A DNA stretch of 64,000 nucleotides from Candidatus Aminicenantes bacterium (GCA_030603565.1 JAUVXM010000005.1:9377-73376); one strand, 5' to 3'; numbered from the stretch's first letter, positions 9,861-19,119 are shown. Made by a program: numbers and translations. Notes: generated by a model from the letters alone, not told the origin.

Positions 9861-10102
9861 AAATTTTACGCTGAGGACGCGGTGGACACGGATTTTCGAG
9901 GAAAAAACTAAGATGCTTTTTCTTTTTTGGCTTGCACCCAAAAAACAAAAAACACTTTCCAATTGTGTGCTGGAGCACAAATTGTAAACCTTTTTTTCGA
10001 CTTACTTCGCGGAGCGAAGTGATAGAGGTTTGATTTCTATTACCAATGAATTGGCAATAGAAATCAACGTTATAGTCTTATCTGTGTTCATACGTGTCTA
10101 AT
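9861..10102. repeat. family-C dispersed repeat, short variant (opposite orientation to the 14801 and 29393 copies)
   Basis: Ends are TTTTACGCTGAGGACGCGGTGGACACGGAT and GTCTTATCTGTGTTCATACGTGTCTAAT. Internal hairpins at 9923-9945, 9966-9977 (GTGCTGGAGCAC), 10005-10019 (CTTCGCGGAGCGAAG) and 10032-10065. Confidence 0.85.
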
Positions 10103-10118
10103 AAAGAAGTTTGTAATA

Positions 10119-11366
10119 TTATTCGTAGCGGAGGGCAGCAATCGGATTCATTTTAGCTGCTTTTCTGGCCGGCAAAATACCAAAGCAAAGTCCGACAGAG
10201 AAAGAAACACAAAATCCTAGCATAACTGACCACAAGGTTACTGCAGCGGGAAGGGGAGTTGCCGTGCGGACCAACAGAGCAATAAGAAAGCCGACAAGAA
10301 TTCCTGCAACCCCACCGGTTCCGGTTAGGAAGATAGCTTCTATGAGAAATTGTTTAAGTATATCATTTGGGCGCGCTCCTATGGCTTTGCGGATCCCAAT
10401 TTCCCGGGTTCTTTCCTTTACAGTCACCAGCATGATGTTCATCACCCCGATCCCTCCTACCAGAAGCCCGATAGATGATATGACGATCATTACCAGGAAG
10501 ACTGCTCCTGTAATTTGGTTGTAAAGGTTTATTATGGCGTCCTGTCCATAAACTGCAAAATCATTGGGTTTGCCAAAGGGGACTTTTCTGCGCCTCCGTA
10601 ACACATTGATTATCTGCTCTTCAGCTTCTGAATAATTGGCATGGTCATCTGGTTTTGCAATGATTTCAAGGTTGCTGAGGTCATAGGGAAAGTATTTCAT
10701 CAGAGTGGTTAGGGGAATTCCCACAAAATTATCCCGACTTTGTCCGAAAATGCTTCCTCTTTTTTCAAGGATTCCGACTACTGTGAATTTTTCCGGCCCG
10801 ATCCGAATTTCTTTTCCCAGGCCGTTAATATAAGGAAAAAGCGTCTCATTAAGATCTGCCCCCAGAATGCAGACTTTGCTGCGGTGAGTGATATCTGATT
10901 CCGATAAAAATCTCCCTCTTTCCGGGAGATAGACTGTAAGCACCTGCGGCCAGTCCTCATTCATTCCTAAGATCATGGCATCATTGCTTTTGGTGCTTTG
11001 ATATTTAACCGGTATGATTTGAAACATGTCAACCATAATATCTATAGCGACAGCTGTAATATTAGAGCATTCCGTCTTGATCGCCATGGCATCATCAAAT
11101 GTGAAGTCTTTTCTCTGGCGAATTTCTTCGGAGTGTCCCCCCATAATTACTCCCGGCTCAAATTTGCCGATAGCGATAATATCAGAGCCCACGGATTCGA
11201 GCTCACTGAGAAAAGATTTATTTAATCCCTGGATGACAGAGGTCATGGCGATAACTGTCATTACTCCGATCATAATACCCAGTAAAGTGAGAAACGAGCG
11301 GAGTTTATTGTTCCTGATTGAATCAAATGACATCTGAAAGATTTCTTTAAGGATTCCTAATCTCAT
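10119..11366 (-). CDS. ABC-transporter permease, FtsX/MacB family (no fused ATPase)
   Basis: 415 aa. N-terminal TM (LRSFLTLLGIMIGV), large periplasmic loop, C-terminal FtsX bundle ending AAKMNPIAALRYE. ATGA overlap with the upstream paralogue. Confidence 0.8.
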   Translation of the reverse strand: MRLGILKEIFQMSFDSIRNNKLRSFLTLLGIMIGVMTVIAMTSVIQGLNKSFLSELESVGSDIIAIGKFEPGVIMGGHSEEIRQRKDFTFDDAMAIKTECSNITAVAIDIMVDMFQIIPVKYQSTKSNDAMILGMNEDWPQVLTVYLPERGRFLSESDITHRSKVCILGADLNETLFPYINGLGKEIRIGPEKFTVVGILEKRGSIFGQSRDNFVGIPLTTLMKYFPYDLSNLEIIAKPDDHANYSEAEEQIINVLRRRRKVPFGKPNDFAVYGQDAIINLYNQITGAVFLVMIVISSIGLLVGGIGVMNIMLVTVKERTREIGIRKAIGARPNDILKQFLIEAIFLTGTGGVAGILVGFLIALLVRTATPLPAAVTLWSVMLGFCVSFSVGLCFGILPARKAAKMNPIAALRYE

Positions 11367-12598
11367 AGGGTTGACCTCAAGGAGTCAATGGGATCGAGTT
11401 TGGCAGCTTTATTGGCCGGGTAGAGTCCGAAAAAAATACCGATTGAGGCAGAGACAAATATTGCGATTGCAATAGACATGGGGTCTACACTGGAGGGCAT
11501 GGATGTGGCTGCTGAAATGATACCTGCCAGGGAAAATCCTAAGAGGATTCCGATCAACCCTCCTATGGTTGACAAAGTAGCTGATTCGATTAAAAATTGA
11601 AAAAGAATATCCGACCTGCGGGCTCCTACTGCCATACGGACGCCGATCTCAGTTGTCCTCTCAGTAACAGATACCAGCATGATATTCATAACAACGATCC
11701 CCCCAACGATCAAGGCAAGGGAAGATATTGCTATCATAGCAAAGTAGATGCCGGTAGTTGCGGATTTGTACAACTGGATAAATTGATCGGATGTCTGAAA
11801 GGAAAAGTCATCCGGTTCTTCAAAAGTAAGGTGGCGCTTGGAACGCAGGATAGTGCGTACTTCCTCCTGTGCTAAGGCCATCTGCTCCTGGGAGTTTGTG
11901 TGTATATTTATAGTAATGTTTATTCTTGAACCATAGATTTTGAGAAAGGTTGTTATGGGAATACGAACATAATTATCCTGGCTCATTCCCAGTAGTTTTC
12001 CTTTTTTTTCGCCTATACCTACTACTTGAAAATTGTGCCGGCCTACTTTGATTCTCTTTCCCAGAGGATCAAAGTATGGGAACAACTCTTCTACAACGTC
12101 AGCTCCGATAATACAGATAAGGCGTGAGTGGTCTTCGTCCTCTTTTAAGATCTGACGGCCACTTTCGAGCTCTTCTACATTTCCGATCATATGGTCAAGG
12201 TAGGTAGTCCCTTTGATAGAAACACTTTTTAAAGAATTGCTGCCGAATTTTACCGTCCGTTTGGTAGCGGCGGAAGCCCCTATAAGCTCGCAGTTCTTAC
12301 ACTGTCTGCGAAGAAGCTGCATGTCTGTAAGTCTTAAGTCTTTTCGTTTTAACTGCTCCCGGAAATCACTGAGAGAACTCCCAAAAAAAGAAAATTTGGA
12401 TACAGAGAAATCATTGGCCCCGAAAAAAGCCATTTTAGTATATACATAATCGTTTAATCCCTGGATTATAGAGATGACAGCAATAATGGTCAGCACTCCG
12501 ATTATAATTCCCAGCAGGGTCAGAAATGTCCTCAGTTTATTTGACCATAAAGAGCTTATAGCCATGCCCATGGACTCTCCGACTTGAATTCTTGCCAT
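11363..12598 (-). CDS. ABC-transporter permease, FtsX/MacB family (paralogue of the downstream gene)
   Basis: 411 aa with the same architecture (LRTFLTLLGIIIGV ... AAKLDPIDSLRSTL). Stop overlaps the start of 10119..11366. Confidence 0.8.
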   Translation of the reverse strand: MARIQVGESMGMAISSLWSNKLRTFLTLLGIIIGVLTIIAVISIIQGLNDYVYTKMAFFGANDFSVSKFSFFGSSLSDFREQLKRKDLRLTDMQLLRRQCKNCELIGASAATKRTVKFGSNSLKSVSIKGTTYLDHMIGNVEELESGRQILKEDEDHSRLICIIGADVVEELFPYFDPLGKRIKVGRHNFQVVGIGEKKGKLLGMSQDNYVRIPITTFLKIYGSRINITINIHTNSQEQMALAQEEVRTILRSKRHLTFEEPDDFSFQTSDQFIQLYKSATTGIYFAMIAISSLALIVGGIVVMNIMLVSVTERTTEIGVRMAVGARRSDILFQFLIESATLSTIGGLIGILLGFSLAGIISAATSMPSSVDPMSIAIAIFVSASIGIFFGLYPANKAAKLDPIDSLRSTL

Positions 12599-12679
12599 TT
12601 GTTTATTATCTTGTTAAATGTATATTACATTATCTAATACGCAGGATAAAATAAAAGGTTCAAAAAACAAGGAGGTCCT

Positions 12680-13279
12680 ATGGACAGAAAAATACAGTTC
12701 GTCGATCATGAAGTTTCTTTGCCTTGTGTATATTTTGAAAAATCCGGCGAGGAGAATACCCGCCGGACATTGGAGATCTCAGCCCAAAGAGCCCAAAAGT
12801 TGGATATTAAAGATATTGTGATTGCTTCTGCTTCAGGGAAAACAGGCCTTATAGCTCTTGAACTTATGGCACGGCCCAATATAGTTGTTGTCAGTCATTC
12901 TACCGGATTTGTTAAACCTGGTTTTCAGCAGATGCCAGAGGAGATGCGCAGGCAGCTTGAAGTTTCCGGAGCAAAAGTCCTGACGTGCCAGCATGCTCTG
13001 GGAGGAGTCAACCGGGCTGTAAGGAAAAAGCTCGAGACCTATGAACTTGATGAAATAATCGCTTATACGCTCAGGATGTTCGGGCAGGGAACTAAAGTTG
13101 CAGTTGAAATTGCCCTTATGGCTGCAGATGCCGGATTGATCTCTATATCAGACCCTTGTATCTGTATAGGAGGTACCGGTAAGGGAGCGGATACAGCGAT
13201 CCTGTTGAAGCCGGCTCACGCCCAGGATTTTTTTGATCTCAGGATAATGGAGTTTCTCACAAAGCCGCGTTTGCCTTAA
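12680..13279 (+). CDS. stand-alone pyruvate-kinase C-terminal (alpha/beta) domain-like protein, function unknown
   Basis: 199 aa. AAGGAGG RBS. Pattern IVIASASGKTG ... GGTGKGADTA resembles PK_C-domain proteins. Assignment is from memory of the family, not a search. Confidence 0.5.
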   Translation: MDRKIQFVDHEVSLPCVYFEKSGEENTRRTLEISAQRAQKLDIKDIVIASASGKTGLIALELMARPNIVVVSHSTGFVKPGFQQMPEEMRRQLEVSGAKVLTCQHALGGVNRAVRKKLETYELDEIIAYTLRMFGQGTKVAVEIALMAADAGLISISDPCICIGGTGKGADTAILLKPAHAQDFFDLRIMEFLTKPRLP

Positions 13280-13331
13280 TTTGACTTGCTTGTTTTGTTC
13301 GACATGATTATTATTAAAACAGGGCAAAAAA

Positions 13332-13904
13332 ATGAATACTCCGATAAATAAAGTATTTATCACTTTTGTTGTTTTTGTAAGTTTTTTTGTATTTGCTGAT
13401 AATGTCTCAGGCCAGAAATTTTATCTCGGTCCTCAACTTGGGGGTTCTGCCCAGAAACCAAGTCTTGCAGACATTGAATTTTTAACCGATACAACACTTC
13501 TCTACGGATTTCGAGCTGGAGTAAAAGTCCTTTTCTTTGCAGTAGAATTGAATTATTTTCAGGCTGCTCATAATATGGAACTAAAGGAATTGGTGACGTT
13601 TGCATGGGGGGGGCGGGAAATTGACTATAATTACCTTGGCCTAAATGGAAAACTCTTTTTCCCGATTTTGCTTTTGCACCCTTATCTGACGGTCGGATAT
13701 GGTTACTATTCAGTCGATATTTTTGATGTAGCTAAAGATACCGACCGTGGATTCAACCTTGGCCTGGGATTGGAAGTGCAACTGGGGAAAAGCTTTTCAT
13801 TATTAGCAGAAGGGAAATACCATCATACCAAATTGAGTGTTGATGAAGAGGAATTTAAAATTAGGGATTATACTATTGCGGGAGGATTTAATTTTTATTT
13901 CTAA
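13332..13904 (+). CDS. small outer-membrane beta-barrel protein
   Basis: 190 aa. Signal peptide (VFITFVVFVSFFVFA). Alternating hydrophobic strands. C-terminal aromatic signature GGFNFYF. Confidence 0.6.
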   Translation: MNTPINKVFITFVVFVSFFVFADNVSGQKFYLGPQLGGSAQKPSLADIEFLTDTTLLYGFRAGVKVLFFAVELNYFQAAHNMELKELVTFAWGGREIDYNYLGLNGKLFFPILLLHPYLTVGYGYYSVDIFDVAKDTDRGFNLGLGLEVQLGKSFSLLAEGKYHHTKLSVDEEEFKIRDYTIAGGFNFYF

Positions 13905-13945
13905 CCTGCCCTCTGGTTACCCGTAATGATTGTTATTCTAATAAA

Positions 13946-13999
13946 CCTGAACTATTCATAAAAAAATGGCGATGTGTATGATATCGTGAATAATTCAGG
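13946..13999. mobile_element. 54-bp MITE-like unit with 13-bp terminal inverted repeats and identical TAAA flanks
   Basis: CCTGAACTATTCA (13946-13958) and TGAATAATTCAGG (13987-13999) are inverted repeats with 1 mismatch. TAAA lies at 13942-13945 and again at 14000-14003. Confidence 0.7.
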
Positions 14000-14014
14000 T
14001 AAATAGCTCAGGTT

Positions 14015-14740
14015 ATGAAAGTCCGTATAAATAAATTTATGGCCCGATCCGGTATAACATCGAGAAGGGGAGCTGACAGGTTGATAGCTCAGGGCAGAGT
14101 CACAGTAAACGGTCAGATCGTTCAAGAGCTTGGCCTGAAGATCGATGATATGGGTGATAAGGTCGAGTTAGATGGAAAGAAAATCCAGCCGTATAAAAAA
14201 CCGGAGTATATTTTATTGAATAAGCCTTTAGGCTATCTCGTCACCCGCAAAGATCCTTACAGCCGAAAAACGGTTATGGAGCTGCTGCCTGCGGATAAGA
14301 GCTATATTTTTCCGGTAGGCAGATTGGATTTTGATAGTGAGGGGCTGATGCTTTTAACAAATGATGGAGAACTGGCTTATCGTCTGATGCACCCCAGCTT
14401 TAAGGTTAAGAAGGAATATCTGGTAAAAGTTAAAGACAGGCCTGTTGCTGCTGAGATAAAAAAGTTGGAAAGAGGTATCTACTTGGATAACAAAAAGACT
14501 GCTCCTTCTAAGATCAAGCTATTAAGAGAGAACCAAAAGACTACAATTTTTAGTATTGAGATCCACGAAGGACGCAAACGGGAAATTCGGAGGATGTTTA
14601 AAACTATCGGTCATCCGGTACTCCTACTCAAGCGGATCAAATTCGCCGGATTGGCTATAGGAAAGCTGAAATCTGGGCGCTGGCGTCACCTTGCTTCCCC
14701 TGAAATAGACAGGTTAAAGAAACTGGTCGGATTAGATTAA
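14015..14740 (+). CDS. S4-domain pseudouridine synthase, RsuA/RluB family
   Basis: 241 aa. N-terminal S4 (RINKFMARSGITSRRGADRLI). Catalytic GRLDFDSEGLMLLTNDG motif. HEGRKREIRRMF. Confidence 0.85.
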   Translation: MKVRINKFMARSGITSRRGADRLIAQGRVTVNGQIVQELGLKIDDMGDKVELDGKKIQPYKKPEYILLNKPLGYLVTRKDPYSRKTVMELLPADKSYIFPVGRLDFDSEGLMLLTNDGELAYRLMHPSFKVKKEYLVKVKDRPVAAEIKKLERGIYLDNKKTAPSKIKLLRENQKTTIFSIEIHEGRKREIRRMFKTIGHPVLLLKRIKFAGLAIGKLKSGRWRHLASPEIDRLKKLVGLD

Positions 14741-15114
14741 CCTGGACTATTTATAAAAAATGTCGATTGTATGCCACTTAGAAAATAGCAGAAAAACATT
14801 ATTAGACACGGATGGACGCGGATAAAACAATCAGGTTGATTTCTTTTGTCAATTCATTGGCAAAAGAAATCAACCCTTCATCACTTCGCTGCGCGAAGTA
14901 AGTTGAATATAACTCTATGAAAAAGTTTATGTTTAAATGAAAAGTAATAATGTTTTTTTTGTGAATCATGAAAATGGCAAATAAAAAATGGAGAAAAGTT
15001 GTAAAGGGTTTTCATTTTGTGCTTCAGCCCAAATTGAAAATAGCTTTTTGTTTTTTGGATGCAAGCCAAAAAAGAAAAAGCTACTTGGTTTAATCCGCGT
15101 CCTCAGCGTAAAAT
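14741..15114. repeat. type A terminus (14741-14775) followed by a full-length family-C repeat (14801-15114)
   Basis: CCTGGACTATTTATAAAAAATGTCGAT starts right after the TAA stop at 14738-14740. ATTAGACACGGATGGACGCGGATAAAAC ... TAATCCGCGTCCTCAGCGTAAAAT aligns with 29393-29674 apart from one ~42-bp indel. Confidence 0.85.
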
Positions 15115-15149
15115 ATTCTTTTTCTTGGTTTTTTTATATCCTGACAAGT

Positions 15150-17597
15150 TTAAAGATTAGAATGAGATTTTTTCTTATTATTTTTGCCTGGAGCGGAAAA
15201 AGTTTTCCAACTTTTGGCCAATCGGTTAAGCTCCTGATCAACCAGAAAGTTTACTGTCCCTTCCGGGAAAGTCCCGTCTTTTTTCCTGCGGCCGGCTTTG
15301 ACGCCGGTAAGGATTTCAATACCATCATCAATAGTTTTAATGGAGTAAATAGAAAATTTCCCTTTTTCTACAGCTGCGATAACATCATGTCTCAGCATCA
15401 GGTTTTTTACATTCTGATGCGGTATCATAACTCCCTGGGTTCCGGTCAAGCGTTTTGCTTTGCAGACTTCAAAGAAACCTTCGATCTTCTCATTAACTCC
15501 TCCGATTGGTTGGATCTCTCCTTTCTGGTTTAAAGACCCGGTTACAGCAATGTCCTGCCGCAAAGGCAGCTTGGAGAGGCTTGATAGGATGGCATATACT
15601 TCTGTTGAAGAGGCGCTGTCTCCGTCTATACCTGAATAGGCCTGTTCAAAAGCAATGCTGGCGGAGAGAGAGAAAGGTTTGTTTTGAGCATATTTCCCCC
15701 TGAGATATCCTCCCAGGATAAGAACGCCTTTATTATGGGTCCGGCCGCTCAAGTCGGATTCTCTTTCAATATTGATAACACCCGCTTTTCCAACAGACGT
15801 GGCGGCAGTGATTCTAGAGGGCTTTCCAAAAGCAAATTGACCCATTTGATATACAGCCAGTCCATTGACTTGTCCTACAACACTGCCTTTGGTATCGATT
15901 AAAATCGTTCCTTCTTCAATCATTTCCTGGATTTTATCTTCAACCAGACTGACACGTTCAAAGCGTTCATGGATGGCTTTTTCTACATGTTTACGGCTTG
16001 TTGTGTTTTTTTTGTTTTTCTTCGCCCAGTAGCTGGCTTCCCGGACTACGTCAGCTATATTATGAAACCTTGTGGACAATTTTGTCTGCCGACCGGCAAG
16101 TCTTATGCTGTATTCGATCAAAGCGGCCATTCCCTCCCGGTCTATTGAATTCAGGGTGTCTTCCTCGATAATTTTTTTTGCAAACGTCATATATTCTATT
16201 ATGATCTTTTTGTTTATCCTTGTTTCGGAATCGAATTCTGCCTTGATCTTAAAGATTTTTTTAAAATCATCGTCTTTGTAGTACAGAAGGTTATAAATAT
16301 AGGCATCACCAATGAGAATTACTTTAACATCGATCTTGATCGGCTGTGGCTTAAGCCTGCTGGGAGAAAAAAAATAAACTGAAGAGAAGTTCTGGATTTC
16401 CAGGGTTTGATTCCTGAGAGCACGTTTAAGTATCGGCCAGACTCCAGGTTCGACCAGGGCATCCAGGGCATTTAACACCAGGTATCCGCCATTTGCCTTG
16501 AGCAGGGAACCAGCTTTTATTTTAGTGAAATCTGTCTGCATTAATCCCATTCTGTTTATGGTCGATTCTATAGAGCCGAAGAGATTGATATAATTCGGGT
16601 TCATTTCTATTGTGACCGGGGCGCCTTTAAGGCTGGAATTATTGATGAGTAGATTGACTCTATAGGCCAGGAACGGGTCTCCTGTTTCTTTTGGTTTCTG
16701 TTCGGGTTTAGGGGGTTTGAAGAGATTGATGTTCTTATTAAGGTTTTCTTCTGTTTCGTCCAGATATTCCTTAATTTTCGGCTGGGGAAATTTTTTCCGG
16801 ATCTTTGTTATTAGATCACTTATAATCGGGTTAATTGATTTTTTGTCCCAGTTTTTTAATTGCTGGCGGGTTTTTTCCTCGGATTCTTTCAAGTGTTTGA
16901 AGATCTCTTCCAGTTTGTCGGAAAGTTCTTCATATTTCTTCTTCAACTGAACTAATGACTTTCTTGGGAATTTATTTTCTCTTGTCAGAGCTTCCAATTT
17001 GTCAAAAGGAGCGGGCTTTCTTTCGATAATTGGAATAAGATCAGGCCTGATAAATGTGCCGATCTGTACCTGGATCAAAGAGAAGCCTTTTTTTGCTACA
17101 TCTGCTTCGAAGTTTTTTAAAGTTTCTTTTTGTTTTTTCTGCTGGTTTTCAATGATGCTGTTCCGTTTTTCCGTATAGTATTTACTTTTAAACAGCTGCG
17201 GAATATTATTTTTTAATTCTTCGATCAACTGAATCATTTTTTCCTGAAAGAGTTTCCCTTTTCCCGCCGAAAGATTGATCAAGGTGGGCTCGTCCGCAGA
17301 TTTAAAATTATTCACATATAGCATATCATCGGGAGCTTCTCTGGTTTTTTCGATTTTTTCTAAAAATTTCTTAATAGTGGTTGTGCGGCCCGTTCCGACC
17401 ATTCCAGCTATATATATATTGTATCCCCGGCTTTTAATATCTAAACCAGTTTGGATAGATCTCAGAGCTCTCTCCTGGCCGATGATTCCTTTACAAGCTT
17501 TGCATTTATCTGTCGATAAAAATGGGATTGTTTTGGGATCGATTCTCTTGTACAGTTTTTCAATTGGCAATTCTTTTGGTGGGGTTGCTTTTTTCAT
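15150..17597 (-). CDS. Lon-like serine protease with degenerate AAA+ module (LonC/COG1067 type)
   Basis: ORF opens at TTG 17633, but ATG 17597 follows AGGAAGGA. Walker-A-like GMVGTGRTT (Arg in the Lys position). Long Lys/Glu-rich helical insert. Protease domain with GDSASS (Ser) and GGVNEKIEG (Lys). Confidence 0.8.
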   Translation of the reverse strand: MKKATPPKELPIEKLYKRIDPKTIPFLSTDKCKACKGIIGQERALRSIQTGLDIKSRGYNIYIAGMVGTGRTTTIKKFLEKIEKTREAPDDMLYVNNFKSADEPTLINLSAGKGKLFQEKMIQLIEELKNNIPQLFKSKYYTEKRNSIIENQQKKQKETLKNFEADVAKKGFSLIQVQIGTFIRPDLIPIIERKPAPFDKLEALTRENKFPRKSLVQLKKKYEELSDKLEEIFKHLKESEEKTRQQLKNWDKKSINPIISDLITKIRKKFPQPKIKEYLDETEENLNKNINLFKPPKPEQKPKETGDPFLAYRVNLLINNSSLKGAPVTIEMNPNYINLFGSIESTINRMGLMQTDFTKIKAGSLLKANGGYLVLNALDALVEPGVWPILKRALRNQTLEIQNFSSVYFFSPSRLKPQPIKIDVKVILIGDAYIYNLLYYKDDDFKKIFKIKAEFDSETRINKKIIIEYMTFAKKIIEEDTLNSIDREGMAALIEYSIRLAGRQTKLSTRFHNIADVVREASYWAKKNKKNTTSRKHVEKAIHERFERVSLVEDKIQEMIEEGTILIDTKGSVVGQVNGLAVYQMGQFAFGKPSRITAATSVGKAGVINIERESDLSGRTHNKGVLILGGYLRGKYAQNKPFSLSASIAFEQAYSGIDGDSASSTEVYAILSSLSKLPLRQDIAVTGSLNQKGEIQPIGGVNEKIEGFFEVCKAKRLTGTQGVMIPHQNVKNLMLRHDVIAAVEKGKFSIYSIKTIDDGIEILTGVKAGRRKKDGTFPEGTVNFLVDQELNRLAKSWKTFSAPGKNNKKKSHSNL

Positions 17598-17765
17598 ATT
17601 AATATCCTTCCTAACCTGGCGTGAATAATCCAAGCTAATTAATTTTAAGAATAGATAGTTTTTAACATATATTGTTATTTAACTCAAGAGGGGTAGAATG
17701 GTAAAATCTTCGTGCAATAATTTATTGAATTTGATAAGATAAAGAAAGTTTTGGAAGGATTGAAA

Positions 17766-18887
17766 ATGAGTGATATTAAAATTAAAAAAGTTGTTTCAAA
17801 AAAAGATCAAAAAAAGTTTATTAAATTCCCATGGGAGGTTTACAAAGATTACCCTAACTGGGTTCCTCCCCTTATTATGGAAATGAAGGAGAAGCTGGAC
17901 AAAAAACACAATCCTTTTTTTGAACATGCTGAGATGGAGCTTTTTTTAGCCTTTGATGGGGATGAACTAAAAGGAAGAGTAGCTGCTATTCTGGATGAGA
18001 ATCATAATAAGATGCATAATGAGAAAGTAGTCTTTTTCGGCCTTTATGAAAGTTTTAGTGATATTGATATAACCAGAGCTTTACTGGATAGAGTGATGGA
18101 ATGGGGAAAAGAAAGAGGGATGAATATCCTGAGAGGGCCTGTGAATATTTCCATGAATGATGAATGTGCCTTTTTGCTTGAGGGGTTTAATTCTCCCCCG
18201 GTTGCAATGATGCCTTACAATCCCGCCTATTATTTAGATCTTATGGAAGAATACGGATTGGCAAAGGCCAAGGATCTTTTAGCTTTTCTCATGATCAAGG
18301 ATCATGACACTCAAGAAAAAGTAAGCCAAATTGTGTCCAAAATTAAAAAATCGTCTAATATTACTTTGCGGGCGGTAAATTTAAAAAATATTGATGAGGA
18401 AGTCGAAAAAATCAAATATGTCTATAATCAGGCATGGGAAAAAAATTGGGGTTTCGTTCCCTGGACAGAAAAAGAAATGGAATATATGGCCAAAAACTTA
18501 AAAAAGGTGGCTGATCCGGATATTATCATTTTGGCTGAAAACGGAGACCGGCCCATAGGGTTTGCTTTTAGTTTTCCAAATTTAAATGAAGCGCTTATTA
18601 AATTAAACGGAAGAATGACCCCGCTGGGAATCCTGAAATTCCTTTATTATCGAAAAAAGATCAAAGGCACCCGTGCGGTTGTCTTTGGAATTCTGAAAGA
18701 ATATAGGATGAGCGGAGTAAGCTACTTGCTTTTTTCTGAATTAGAGAAGAATACTCTGGCTAGGGGTTATGAATGGTGCGAAACCTCCTATCAGCTTGAA
18801 GATAATGATGCGATCAATCGCTTTGTGATGTCTATCGGCGGAAAAGTGTATAAAAAATACAGGATATATGAAAAACCTGTATCATAA
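17766..18887 (+). CDS. uncharacterised protein, possibly GNAT-fold acyltransferase
   Basis: 373 aa from ATG 17766 (GGAAGGA RBS; track ORF opens at TTG 17751). Conserved-looking N-terminus FIKFPWEVYKDYPNWVPPL. Fold assignment is tentative. Confidence 0.4.
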   Translation: MSDIKIKKVVSKKDQKKFIKFPWEVYKDYPNWVPPLIMEMKEKLDKKHNPFFEHAEMELFLAFDGDELKGRVAAILDENHNKMHNEKVVFFGLYESFSDIDITRALLDRVMEWGKERGMNILRGPVNISMNDECAFLLEGFNSPPVAMMPYNPAYYLDLMEEYGLAKAKDLLAFLMIKDHDTQEKVSQIVSKIKKSSNITLRAVNLKNIDEEVEKIKYVYNQAWEKNWGFVPWTEKEMEYMAKNLKKVADPDIIILAENGDRPIGFAFSFPNLNEALIKLNGRMTPLGILKFLYYRKKIKGTRAVVFGILKEYRMSGVSYLLFSELEKNTLARGYEWCETSYQLEDNDAINRFVMSIGGKVYKKYRIYEKPVS

Positions 18888-18907
18888 AAAATATGAGCTT
18901 ATACTAA

Positions 18908-18945
18908 CATGTATTATTCACGAGTCGAGGTTGCTGCAGATGAGG
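18908..18945. repeat. type B terminus fragment
   Basis: CATGTATTATTCACGAGTCGAGGTTGCTGCAGATGAGG, preceded by CTAA. Compare the 121-bp units at 58812 and 59010. Confidence 0.7.
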
Positions 18946-19022
18946 AAAAGCGGAAAATAGTAAATGGAAAATGGGAAAAACCGTGAAATGTGAAATGTTA
19001 TGGTAAAAGATTTGTATCTTAT

Positions 19023-19101
19023 GAAATTCTGGTGTGGCTGAAGCGAGCACAAGCCACACCTTAATTTCATGCATATCGACATTTTTTATGAATAGTTCAG
19101 A
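19023..19101. repeat. hairpin module (19023-19068) plus inward type A terminus (to 19101)
   Basis: GAAATTCTGGTGTGGCT / AGCCACACCTTAATTTC stem with a 12-nt loop, then CATATCGACATTTTTTATGAATAGTTCAGA just upstream of the crotonase RBS. Confidence 0.75.
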
Positions 19102-19119
19102 GTAGGGAGGTGAAAAAAA

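Noticed and set aside
14881-15533. ORFs 14881..15069(-) and 29486..29842(-) share peptide stretches (IQKTKSYFQF.LKHKMKTLY.FSPFFICH), suggesting a conserved small protein. ORF 14988..15533(+) also overlaps here.
   Set aside because: The shared stretches lie inside family-C repeat DNA, so the similarity is at nucleotide level. The differences between copies are non-synonymous, and there is no RBS. 14988..15533 is largely antisense to the Lon-like gene 3' end.
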